64,000 nucleotides of DNA, from the NCBI GenBank assembly GCA_938007935.1, contig CALLMD010000013.1, positions 20,912 through 84,911 of the forward strand, in the 5' to 3' direction. A program made the translations under genes and the position numbers. Shown in pieces: positions 21,504 through 32,663 of the stretch (positions are counted from its first letter, which is position 1; each line of letters opens with the position of its first letter). The DNA is from an uncultured Hellea sp. GTDB lineage: Bacteria > Pseudomonadota > Alphaproteobacteria > Caulobacterales > Maricaulaceae. The notes beneath the pieces are model-generated. The model saw nothing but the letters and a program-made list of their open reading frames with translations. It made no database searches and was not told the DNA's origin.

Positions 21504-22598
21504 TTAATAAAGTGTCTGTAGCGCCTTACCATCATAATCTTTCAGTTCATCCATGCGGCCCTCTTTGACTTTCAAAACCCATTCAGGGTCTTGCAGAAGT
21601 GCACGGCCAACAGCAATGAGATCAAAATCACCGCGGTCCATCATCTCAAACAGCTTATCTAGAGAAGCTGCTTCGGAGCTTTGCCCTGCAAATGCACCAA
21701 AGAAATCACCATTAAGCCCGACAGACCCCACTGAAATCGTTGCGAGGCCCGTTAGTTTCTTGGCCCAACCCGCAAGGTTAAGCTCAGAGCCTTCAAATTC
21801 AGGCTCCCAAAAACGGCGCTGCGAGCAATGGAGCATATCCACGCCTGCATCGACAAAGACCTTGAGGAAGGCTTCCATCTCTTGCGGCGTTTCGGCAAGG
21901 CGGGCTGCGTAATCTTGCTGCTTCCATTGCGACCAACGCAGGATGATCGGCATGTCCTCGCCGACAGCTTTGCGGCATTCACGGATAACATCGCCTGCAA
22001 ATTCTGCGCGGTCCAAAAGGTCACCGCCATATTTGCCTTCGCGCTTATTCATCACGTCCCAGAAAAATTGATCGATAAGATAGCCATGCGCGCCGTGAAT
22101 TTCGATGGCGTCAAAACCAAGCTCTTTAGCCGACTTAGCCGAGCGGGCATAGGAGCTGATCATATCCGCGACCTCCTCATCAGACGGGCTGTCCATCACA
22201 GCTTTGCCCGTATGGGTAATACCAGAAGGGCTATCACTTTGCGCATCAGGATTATGACCCGTGCCGGGTTTACGCACCATGCCGACATGCCAGAGCTGCG
22301 GCGCGATTTTCCCGCCCTTACCATGAACTTTTTCGACAACATTTTTCCAACCCGCAAGCGCAGCGTCGCCATGAAAGAGCGGATAGTTCGGGTCATTGGC
22401 GGAACCGGGACGGTCTGTAACAGTTCCTTCTGTCAGGATAAGCCCAACATCCGCCGCCGCGCGGCGCTCATAATATGCGGCTACATTCTCTCCGGGTACA
22501 CCATCAGGCGAAAAACTCCGCGTCATAGGCGCCATCACAAAACGGTTGGGCAACGTTAAGCCGCGACAAGAAAAGGGCTGAAACAGAGAAGATGACAT
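21504..22598 (-). CDS. NADH:flavin oxidoreductase (Old Yellow Enzyme family)
   Basis: NRFVMAPMTR, GFDAIEIHGAHGYLIDQFF, FDLIAVGRALL. Confidence 0.93.
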   Translation of the reverse strand: MSSSLFQPFSCRGLTLPNRFVMAPMTRSFSPDGVPGENVAAYYERRAAADVGLILTEGTVTDRPGSANDPNYPLFHGDAALAGWKNVVEKVHGKGGKIAPQLWHVGMVRKPGTGHNPDAQSDSPSGITHTGKAVMDSPSDEEVADMISSYARSAKSAKELGFDAIEIHGAHGYLIDQFFWDVMNKREGKYGGDLLDRAEFAGDVIRECRKAVGEDMPIILRWSQWKQQDYAARLAETPQEMEAFLKVFVDAGVDMLHCSQRRFWEPEFEGSELNLAGWAKKLTGLATISVGSVGLNGDFFGAFAGQSSEAASLDKLFEMMDRGDFDLIAVGRALLQDPEWVLKVKEGRMDELKDYDGKALQTLY

Positions 22599-22655
22599 GA
22601 AAAGACCTTATGCAATTTGTTGCATATGTAAGCCCTACAGCACCTAAATCAAGTC

Positions 22656-23435
22656 CTATATGTATCTATGCGCCCAAGCGGCCAAGACATGTGCCACATA
22701 TTCTGCATCGGCAGGGTTTTTCAGCATAAGATGATCTGCCCCGTCCAAGCTCACAAAGCTCTTGGGATGTTTGGCCTTCATGTAAATATGAGAGGCGTTA
22801 TCAATGCTCACGACTCTGTCTTGAGGGGAATGGAATATCATGAGGGCCATATCCAAATCGGCGATTTCTTTGGCGATGTCTTGATTGCCAATATCTTCGA
22901 GAAATTGTTCTTTGATAACAAAGGGGCGACCAGCGAGGAGAACTTTGGCTTCGCCCTCCTCCTCAATCTCTTCGATTTTATCGGCAAATTGATGAATGAT
23001 ATGGGTGGTATCGCAAGGTGAGCCAATTGTCGCCACGGCCTTACATTCGGGGATTTCATCCGCGACCTTGAGCGTCGCCGTACCGCCAAAACTATGCCCA
23101 ATCATAACGCAAGGCGCTTTATGATGCTCCCGCAGATAATTTGCAGCTTGGCGAATATCTTCGCAATTAGAACTAAAATTCGTATCGGAGAAATTACCGC
23201 CGCTTTCACCCAGACCCGTAAAGTCAAAGCGCATCATGCCGTAGCCATCTTTGACCAGGGTTTTCGAGATTGTCCGCACAGGTTTCAAATCTTTACCGAT
23301 AGAAAACCCATGCGCAAATAGCACCCAGCTGCGCACTTCCCCGCTATCCGGCCAGTCCAGCTTTCCAGAGAGCGTATGACCAAAGGCGCCTTTAAATTCT
23401 ACTTTTTCACTTGGCATAAAGCCTCCTTGAGCCAT
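22656..23435 (-). CDS. Alpha/beta hydrolase (type found N-terminal to OsmC domains)
   Basis: RFDFTGLGESGG, GHSFGG, LDGADHL. Confidence 0.88.
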   Translation of the reverse strand: MAQGGFMPSEKVEFKGAFGHTLSGKLDWPDSGEVRSWVLFAHGFSIGKDLKPVRTISKTLVKDGYGMMRFDFTGLGESGGNFSDTNFSSNCEDIRQAANYLREHHKAPCVMIGHSFGGTATLKVADEIPECKAVATIGSPCDTTHIIHQFADKIEEIEEEGEAKVLLAGRPFVIKEQFLEDIGNQDIAKEIADLDMALMIFHSPQDRVVSIDNASHIYMKAKHPKSFVSLDGADHLMLKNPADAEYVAHVLAAWAHRYI

Positions 23436-23459
23436 GTTTGGCTCACGAAGTATAGGGCT

Positions 23460-24404
23460 TTAAAACGTTGCCCGAAAGGCTTCAATGAATCGATTTAAAT
23501 CACTTTCTTGCAAGTGATTAATGCCCGCTGCGGCGCTACGGCCTCCGCCCGTTTCAAATTGCAGCGCCAGTTTATCGGCGCCTTCGCGCTTAGATAATGG
23601 CGCGCGGATACTAACGAGGAATCCGCCAGCCTGCTGGGTGAGAATAGCGTGAGCCCGATTTGGATTATCTTGTGCCAACTGATTACCATAAACGCCAGAA
23701 ATACGGCGCGACCCAGCGGCGTCCGCAAGGGTAATGACATGACCTTTTTCAGTTTGGTCAATGACCTTTGCCTGCTTGGCATTGGCAAGATCAGTTTCAT
23801 AACCGGCCTCTAGCTTATTAAATACAGTTTTATTTTCAGCCAAAAACGTCATTGGAGTCTCAAAAGGCGCAAGCGCGCGGTAAAGGTCAGCGGGATGATA
23901 AAGCAGGTCCTCAACTGAGCCGCCATAACCATTATAATTAACAAGCATGCCGAGCCTATTGAGCTGTTCTAGGGGAAAATCATGCCCCGCCGCTTTGCGC
24001 GTAGCAAGCGCTGGAAAGTTATCGCCAAATGCAGCCGTCACGGCCCAAGCCAAATATTCACCGTCAAGGGCTTCATTGATTAACATGGCGGTGCACATTT
24101 CTGGCGAGGTATCGATAACCGAAATCAGATTTGGATGGTCGGGAATATCACCCGCATTATGGTGATCCACATAAAAGACTGACGCGTTGGCATCTAAAAT
24201 CCGCCGTAAATCATCAGCGTTACTGCGCATGGAAATATCAAGCACAGTCACATAATCACCGCCCTTGGCATCAACGCGGCTAAGCAATTTGATGTCGCGC
24301 TTGCGCCCCGTGACTAAAACGGCTTCACGCGGTTCAGCAAGGCGAAGCTGGACGAGAGATAATATTCCGTCTGCATCACCATTAAAAACATCAAAGCACT
24401 TCAT
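23460..24404 (-). CDS. DHH family phosphoesterase
   Basis: FNGDADG, YVDHH, C-terminal DHHA1-like TGGGRSAAAG; start revised to ATG 24404, directly after the cysNC stop. Confidence 0.85.
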   Translation of the reverse strand: MKCFDVFNGDADGILSLVQLRLAEPREAVLVTGRKRDIKLLSRVDAKGGDYVTVLDISMRSNADDLRRILDANASVFYVDHHNAGDIPDHPNLISVIDTSPEMCTAMLINEALDGEYLAWAVTAAFGDNFPALATRKAAGHDFPLEQLNRLGMLVNYNGYGGSVEDLLYHPADLYRALAPFETPMTFLAENKTVFNKLEAGYETDLANAKQAKVIDQTEKGHVITLADAAGSRRISGVYGNQLAQDNPNRAHAILTQQAGGFLVSIRAPLSKREGADKLALQFETGGGRSAAAGINHLQESDLNRFIEAFRATF

Positions 24405-24405
24405 G

Positions 24406-26318
<1,913 letters not shown>

Positions 26319-26319
<1 letters not shown>

Positions 26320-27425
26320 TAGAAATACCCCTCTTCTTTTTTCTGCTCCATTGAAGCGCCCGCATCCGAATCAATGACCCGCCCTTGTCGCTCCGATGAT
26401 GTTGTTAAAAGCATTTCCTGAATAACATCAGGCAGTGTATCAGCTTCACTTTCGACCGCCCCTGTTAAAGGGTAACAACCTAGTGTTCTAAACCGTACCA
26501 TTTTTTCTTCGATCTTTTCATCGGGTCCAATTGGCATCCTATCATCGTCCACCAGAATCAAGACGCCGTCTTTTTCAACAACAGGACGTTTCTTGGAGAG
26601 ATAAAGCGACGGAATTTGAATGTTTTCCTTGTAAATATATTGCCAGATATCCAGCTCAGTCCAATTCGAGATAGGAAAGACGCGCATGCTCTCACCCTTA
26701 TGAACGCGTGTATTATAGATGTTCCAAAGCTCAGGGCGTTGGTTCTTTGCATCCCAACGGTGATTTTCAGACCGGAAACTAAAGATACGCTCTTTGGCGC
26801 GAGATTTTTCTTCATCGCGGCGCGCCCCGCCAAAAGCTGCGTCAAATTTATACTTATCTAAAGCCTGCTTTAAGCCCTGTGTTTTCATGATGTCCGTATG
26901 AACCGCTGACCCATGGGTGAACGGTCCAACCTTATCAGCTTTGCCTTCGGGGTTGATGTGAACGATTAAGTCCATGCCAACTTCTTTGGCGCGGCGATCA
27001 CGAAATTCGATCATTTCTTTGAACTTCCACATCGTATCAACATGCATGAGCGGAAATGGCGGTTTGGATGGATAGAAAGCTTTTTCAGCTAAGTGCAACA
27101 TAACCGAGCTATCTTTCCCCACGGAATAAAGCATGACGGGGTTTTCGCATTGTGCGGCCACTTCGCGCATAATATGAATGCTCTCGGCTTCAAGCCTGTC
27201 CAAATGCGTCATACGCAATTTAGACTCGCCAGAAAGCTCCATCTCAAGCGCATCGAGCTTGACCAAAGCCTCTTCCAAAGTCTTGAGCGTACATTGTCCG
27301 CCCTCTTTGAGACGGGCAATGCCCTTCCCATCATTGAGGATCTTTCGCGAAACCGTCGAAAGGGATTGGCCATTCGCTGCGGCAAAGGCTTCAACTCGGG
27401 CTACAAAATCAGTTATCAGTGTCAT
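26319..27425 (-). CDS. cysD: Sulfate adenylyltransferase subunit 2 with a 71-aa N-terminal Cro-like HTH extension
   Basis: CysD core from M27212 ([50 protein letters not shown]); upstream in-frame region open to ATG 27425 (or GTG 27452). Confidence 0.93.
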
Positions 27426-27435
27426 ATTTACCAAT

Positions 27436-27453
27436 CGTGGGATATATCCCACG
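27436..27453. promoter_or_regulatory. Perfect 18-bp palindrome, putative operator
   Basis: CGTGGGATA|TATCCCACG, 10 bp upstream of the extended cysD ATG. Confidence 0.65.
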
Positions 27454-27580
27454 TCCTATTTAGGCGCTCCTATAATGAGAAATTCAGAAAATAAAAGAGT
27501 TTTTTTCATCTAAGCGAAAAAGGGCTTGCCCGAACAGCCAAGCCCGCTTAATCAGCGCGCAGACCAATCTCTTTGTCTTT

Positions 27581-27667
27581 GCGGGCGTGGTGGAATTGGT
27601 AGACACGCAAGACTTAAAATCTTGTTCCTGTATAGGAGTGCCGGTTCAATTCCGGCCGCCCGCACCA
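27581..27667 (+). tRNA. tRNA-Leu(UAA)
   Basis: GCGGGCG/CGCCCGC acceptor stem, anticodon arm CAAGA-cttaaaa-TCTTG, long variable arm, GGTTCAATTCC, encoded CCA. Confidence 0.96.
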
Positions 27668-27688
27668 TTTGTTATCAACGCGCTCGCA

Positions 27689-28543
27689 CTATTCTAGCAA
27701 TACACGCTTGGGGTGCTTGCCCTCTACCATGCCCATAAAGGGTGGGTGGATCGAGTAGCCCAATAAACGCTGTATCGTTTCAGAAAAAGTTTTCACGCGC
27801 TCTTTGGGTATGGAGAGGGAAAAGTTTTCCTGTGTCCGGCAAAATGGCGCGCAATATTGCGCAGTCAAACACATGCGAGAGGCCTGACTTTCATTCGCCC
27901 CGCCCCCATGCCAGAGCGTTCCGAGAAAAAAGAGGACTGAGCCTTTGGGCATAACAGCTTTGATAAGTTTGGCTTTATCTTCATCGCTGGGCATATGATC
28001 GCCCCAATTATGCGACTGGGGGATTAGCACCGTCGCCCCATTATCTTCGGTAAAATCATCAACTGCGATAATTGTGGCTGCCCCCAAAGCCCGTCTTGGA
28101 CGCGGCCATGGATAGAACCCATCATCATAATGTAGGGGCTGCGCGGCCTCATTGGGGTGAATATTTATGACCTGAAGCTGAGAGAGCAAATAATTAGGTT
28201 CAAAAATTTGATCAAGCAAACCCATAATCAGCGGGTGCTCCACCATAGGGTTAGCAATATCCGTTTCCGCCATCATGGAATAAAGACGCTGCGTGGCCAA
28301 ACCTTCAAAATTATTGCGCCCAGCCTTATGCTTAAACCGCGTAAGCGCATCAGCCTTAAGAGCATCCATATCCTCTGGCGCAAAAAGATTTTCGAGAATT
28401 ATGTAACCGTCGCGGTTAATCTGCTCCATGACCTCGGCGATTAGGGCCTTATCAACACCCTCTTGTGTGCCAGCCGTAGATTTATACCGCCCCGCAAGGT
28501 CGGCAGTTGTTATGGTCTCAGATGTTATAATTGAATCAGTCAT
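27689..28543 (-). CDS. Phytanoyl-CoA dioxygenase family Fe(II)/2OG dioxygenase
   Basis: QPLHYDDG (HxD), DNGATVLIPQSH, distal LWHGGG. Confidence 0.9.
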   Translation of the reverse strand: MTDSIITSETITTADLAGRYKSTAGTQEGVDKALIAEVMEQINRDGYIILENLFAPEDMDALKADALTRFKHKAGRNNFEGLATQRLYSMMAETDIANPMVEHPLIMGLLDQIFEPNYLLSQLQVINIHPNEAAQPLHYDDGFYPWPRPRRALGAATIIAVDDFTEDNGATVLIPQSHNWGDHMPSDEDKAKLIKAVMPKGSVLFFLGTLWHGGGANESQASRMCLTAQYCAPFCRTQENFSLSIPKERVKTFSETIQRLLGYSIHPPFMGMVEGKHPKRVLLE

Positions 28544-28548
28544 GAGAA

Positions 28549-29277
28549 TTAAATTCCTATACGGTCAACAAGCTGATGTAATTCAGCTTCAACAACATCC
28601 AATACCGCCTCGTCCCGGCCCCGCACTACAAAATTCACGCCATGTAAGTCTGCGTTGAAAAAAGGATAGCTGCCAATATTAACACCGTCGAATTTCTTTT
28701 CAATTTCCGCAAGGGGTTGAGCCGCATCGCCCTCCCCGATACCCGCCGCCTCAACGGTTCGAGAATATACTTTAGCCCCGCCTTTAATGCGGTGCTCAAT
28801 ATCAGCAAGCATACCTTTCATAATCGCAGGCACACCAGCCATCGTGAAAACATTTTTCGTTTGAAAACCAGGAGCTTTGCTGACAGGGTTTTTAATCAGG
28901 CTAGCCCCATCCGGAATTCGGGCCATGCGGCGGCGAGCGGCGTTAAGCTCTTCTTCTTTGTAGCGCGTGCGTAAAACGTCCATCGCATCCGCGCGTTCTG
29001 ATATGCTCAAATTAAAAGCTGCGGCGATACAATCTGCTGTAATATCATCATGGGTTGGGCCGATGCCGCCCGTTGTAAAGACATAATCAAACCGATCAGA
29101 AAACTCTCTCACCGTTTGGCGAATGATATCAGCATTATCTGCAATAATTCTGGCCTCGCCAACCTGAACGCCGAGCGGCTCTAGCCATTTCGCGATTGTG
29201 CTTAGATTTGTATCTTTGGTTCGGCCAGAGAGAAGCTCGTCACCTATTAAAAGGATGCCCGCTGTTACATCTGTCAT
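28549..29277 (-). CDS. CinA-like molybdopterin-binding-domain protein
   Basis: IGDELLSGRTKDTN, TTGGIGPTHDDIT. Confidence 0.9.
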   Translation of the reverse strand: MTDVTAGILLIGDELLSGRTKDTNLSTIAKWLEPLGVQVGEARIIADNADIIRQTVREFSDRFDYVFTTGGIGPTHDDITADCIAAAFNLSISERADAMDVLRTRYKEEELNAARRRMARIPDGASLIKNPVSKAPGFQTKNVFTMAGVPAIMKGMLADIEHRIKGGAKVYSRTVEAAGIGEGDAAQPLAEIEKKFDGVNIGSYPFFNADLHGVNFVVRGRDEAVLDVVEAELHQLVDRIGI

Positions 29278-29644
29278 TCTCTAGCCTTATTTGTGTCTCG
29301 ACCTCATAGGGGCAGAGCCGTACCATTTTTATAGGCCCTTGAAAAACGCACTTTCGCTATAGCCAAGAAGTCCTGTAATCTGCACTTGGGTGTGCATAGC
29401 CTGTTCTTACAAAAGTTCATAGCAGTCTCGGCGAACATTTTCTAATTTCTCTCGAAACGATGTACCTTTTTCTTTCTAACCCAACCGGGCAAGGAGTTGC
29501 AATCCACTGGGGCGTAACCATTTTTTTGGCCCAGTTGGGAGGCTGCACTTATGTGCGGCCTCTTAATCATAATATTCTCATTAACATACCTCTTTACCTT
29601 GCAGCATGCATTATCATGTGAAATGTGTCTTTCATTATTGAAAG

Positions 29645-31069
29645 ATGCATATGCCAAAGACTTTGAAGACGAATTATTTGATTATTGGTAGCGGCGCCAT
29701 GGGAATGGCTTTTGCGGATACATTGCTGAGTGAAACAAACGCCAATATAATTATTGTTGACCGTTTTGCAAAACCGGGCGGACATTGGAATTCGGCTTAT
29801 CCTTTTGTTACGCTTCACCAACCCTCTGCATTTTACGGCGTAGCCTCAAAAGAGCTTAGCCAAGGCCGCATTGATGAACTCGGCTGGAATAAAGGCCTTG
29901 CAGATTTGGCGACAGGGCCAGAAATAATGGCCTATTTTGAAGATGTGATGCGTCAACGGTTTTTACCCTCGGGCCGCGTACAATATTTTCCTTTATGTGA
30001 TTATAAGGGCGAAGGAACTTTCGAGCATAAATTAAGCGGGGCCTCCTATGACGTTGCTTATGATAAACTCGTCAACTGCACCTATCTTAACACGACTGTG
30101 CCTTTAACACATACACCAAATTTTGATGTCGCGGATAATGTGCGCTTCATGCCGTTAAATGCGCTTCCAAATATCACAAATACGCCTGATGCTTATGTTA
30201 TAATTGGCGGCGGGAAAACAGGGATAGATGCCTGTCTCTGGCTGCTTGAAAATGGTATTGACCCAGATTTAATAAGCTGGGTCATATCACGAGATGCATG
30301 GATGCTCGACCGCAAAAACACACAAATTGGCGAAGCATTTTTCTTCGATACAATGGGCGCGCAAGCTGGACAATTTGAGGCTATCGCTAAGGCCGACTCA
30401 CCCGAAGATATGTTTGATCGGTTGGAAGCCTGTGGTTATTTCGTAAGACTTGACCCCAATGTCAGGCCGCAAATGTTTCACGGCGCCACGATTAGCCAGC
30501 CAGAACTCGCGCAATTACGGCGGATTAAAAACATCATCCGCATGGGGCATGTCACGAAAATAAGCACAGAAAAAATGACGCTACAACAAGGCGAAGTGCC
30601 AGCTACGGCCGATACAGTATTTATAGATTGCTCGGCCAGCGCGATCAAAGATTATAGCGGCGATATTCCTGTATTTGATGGCGATACAATAACGCCGCAA
30701 ACTGTGCGCTCTTATCAACCCGTCTTTTCTGCCTCATTCATCGCCCATATCGAAGCCAGTGACAAAACTGAGGATGAGAAAAACGAATATTGCAAAGTTG
30801 TGCCTCTGCCTGACACGCTGCATGATTATATGCGCCTCACCCTTGCCTTTATGATGAACCAGCAAAAATGGGGTCAAGACCCGGACATTCGCAAATGGCT
30901 TCAAGAGAACCGTCTTGATGGGTTTTCGAAACTTGTGGCCAATATTGATAAAGACGATAGCGAAAAAATGGCGGTCATGAATAAGCTTCGTGAAAATGCA
31001 ATGCCTGCAGCGATGAAATTAATGCAATTCATTGCCGCTGCTGAAACTAATCATGAGCCTAATAATTGA
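29645..31069 (+). CDS. NAD(P)/FAD-dependent oxidoreductase
   Basis: GSGAMG dinucleotide fold, PGGHWN..YPFV.LHQPS, GGGKTG. Confidence 0.85.
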   Translation: MHMPKTLKTNYLIIGSGAMGMAFADTLLSETNANIIIVDRFAKPGGHWNSAYPFVTLHQPSAFYGVASKELSQGRIDELGWNKGLADLATGPEIMAYFEDVMRQRFLPSGRVQYFPLCDYKGEGTFEHKLSGASYDVAYDKLVNCTYLNTTVPLTHTPNFDVADNVRFMPLNALPNITNTPDAYVIIGGGKTGIDACLWLLENGIDPDLISWVISRDAWMLDRKNTQIGEAFFFDTMGAQAGQFEAIAKADSPEDMFDRLEACGYFVRLDPNVRPQMFHGATISQPELAQLRRIKNIIRMGHVTKISTEKMTLQQGEVPATADTVFIDCSASAIKDYSGDIPVFDGDTITPQTVRSYQPVFSASFIAHIEASDKTEDEKNEYCKVVPLPDTLHDYMRLTLAFMMNQQKWGQDPDIRKWLQENRLDGFSKLVANIDKDDSEKMAVMNKLRENAMPAAMKLMQFIAAAETNHEPNN

Positions 31070-31116
31070 TAAACTAGAGCTAGCGAAAATCTAACCGCCC
31101 TGTTATAGCGCTCGCC

Positions 31117-31938
31117 ATGAATTATATTGATGCCAAAGATGCCCCTATTTTGCGAGATGGCGCTATAAAGATACATAGCCAAGCAGATTTTGCGGGCATG
31201 CGTAAAGCGGGCCGTTTAGCAGCTGAATGCCTTGATTTGTTAGTGCCTCTGGTCAAACCTGGCGTGACCACCGCGGCTTTGGACAAAGCCGCTTTTGAAT
31301 TTGTGACCGATAATGGCGCGGTACCCGCCTGCCTTGGTTATCGCGGGTATCAGCATACGGTGTGTACATCTATCAACCATGTTGTCTGTCACGGTATCCC
31401 GAATGACAAACCTATGAAAAATGGTGATATCGTCAATATTGACGTCACAGTTATCGTTGATGGCTGGCATGGCGATACATCACGCATGTATCCGGTCGGC
31501 GAGATTAATCGCCGCGCAGAGCGCCTTATCAAAATTACCTATGATAGTCTGATGCTTGGCCTTGGGGCTATTAAGCCCGGAAATACAACAGGGGATATCG
31601 GTCACGCTATTCAAACATTCGCCGAAGGTGAACGCTGCTCAATCGTTCAAGATTTTTGTGGTCATGGCCTTGGCCGTCTTTTCCATGATGCGCCCAATAT
31701 ATTGCATTTTGGGCGTCCGGGCGAAGGCGAAGTTCTACGTGAAGGCATGTTCTTTACGGTTGAACCCATGATAAACCTCGGAAAGCCAGATACAAAAATT
31801 CTCAGCGATGGCTGGACAGCCGTCACACGCGACAAGAAACTTACCGCTCAATTTGAGCATTCCATTGGCGTGACCAAAGACGGCCTCGAAATTTTTACAA
31901 CGTCCCCCAAAGGGCTGCACTGCCCGCCTTACGTCTAA
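31117..31938 (+). CDS. map: Methionine aminopeptidase type I
   Basis: VCHGIP, NIDVT, HGDTSRM, GHG, FTVEPM, AQFEH. Confidence 0.97.
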   Translation: MNYIDAKDAPILRDGAIKIHSQADFAGMRKAGRLAAECLDLLVPLVKPGVTTAALDKAAFEFVTDNGAVPACLGYRGYQHTVCTSINHVVCHGIPNDKPMKNGDIVNIDVTVIVDGWHGDTSRMYPVGEINRRAERLIKITYDSLMLGLGAIKPGNTTGDIGHAIQTFAEGERCSIVQDFCGHGLGRLFHDAPNILHFGRPGEGEVLREGMFFTVEPMINLGKPDTKILSDGWTAVTRDKKLTAQFEHSIGVTKDGLEIFTTSPKGLHCPPYV

Positions 31939-31948
31939 GCGTATAAAC

Positions 31949-32650
31949 TTGGCGGAGAAGGTAAAAGCAAAAGCGGCAAAGCCACACTATCATGGTCATA
32001 GAGATCGCCTACGCGCGCGCTTTGCCGAAGGCGGCATTGACGCCCTCGCCGATTATGAGCTTTTGGAGCTTTATCTCTTTCGCTCTATCCTGCGCCGCGA
32101 TGTTAAACCTATCGCCAAAGCCCTTATTGCCAAATTTGGAAGTTTTGCCGAAGTTATCGCTGCGCCGATAGACCAGCTCTCTGAAGTGAAAGGCGTGAGC
32201 GAAAAAATCGCGCTTGATTTAAAAATTCTGCGCGCCGCCGCGACAAAATTGGGACAAGAGTCTATTTTGGGACGCCCTGTGCTCTCATCATGGACAGCTC
32301 TACTCGATTATTGTCGTTCCGCGATGCAATTTGAAACGACTGAGCAGTTCAGAGTATTGTTCCTCGACAAGAAGAACCGCCTCATCGCCGATGAAATTTT
32401 AGGGCAAGGCACGGTTGACCGCGCACCTGTTTATCCGCGCGAGATTTTAAAGCGCGCCCTTGCTCATGAAAGCACGGCGATTATCCTTGCCCATAATCAT
32501 CCCAGCGGGGATCCAACCCCAAGTCAATCAGACATCGACATGACCAAAGAAATCGTGCAAGCATGTAAACCAATTGGCGTGGCCGTTCACGATCATCTCA
32601 TCATAGGGCGGGAAAACATCGCCTCATTTAAAACATTGGGACTGATGTAA
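31949..32650 (+). CDS. radC: RadC (JAB domain) protein
   Basis: GHRDRLR, N-terminal HhH-like region, [20 protein letters not shown]; TTG start. Confidence 0.93.
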   Translation: MAEKVKAKAAKPHYHGHRDRLRARFAEGGIDALADYELLELYLFRSILRRDVKPIAKALIAKFGSFAEVIAAPIDQLSEVKGVSEKIALDLKILRAAATKLGQESILGRPVLSSWTALLDYCRSAMQFETTEQFRVLFLDKKNRLIADEILGQGTVDRAPVYPREILKRALAHESTAIILAHNHPSGDPTPSQSDIDMTKEIVQACKPIGVAVHDHLIIGRENIASFKTLGLM

Positions 32651-32663
32651 GGGTAGAAAATTC

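Noticed and set aside
27581-27700. Island integrated at tRNA-Leu
   Set aside because: No duplicated 3' end, arm-like repeats or integrase; a metabolic gene follows directly.
31949-32650. radC as a marker of a mobile element
   Set aside because: It is the full-length form in a core map-radC-purB neighbourhood, with no mobility genes.
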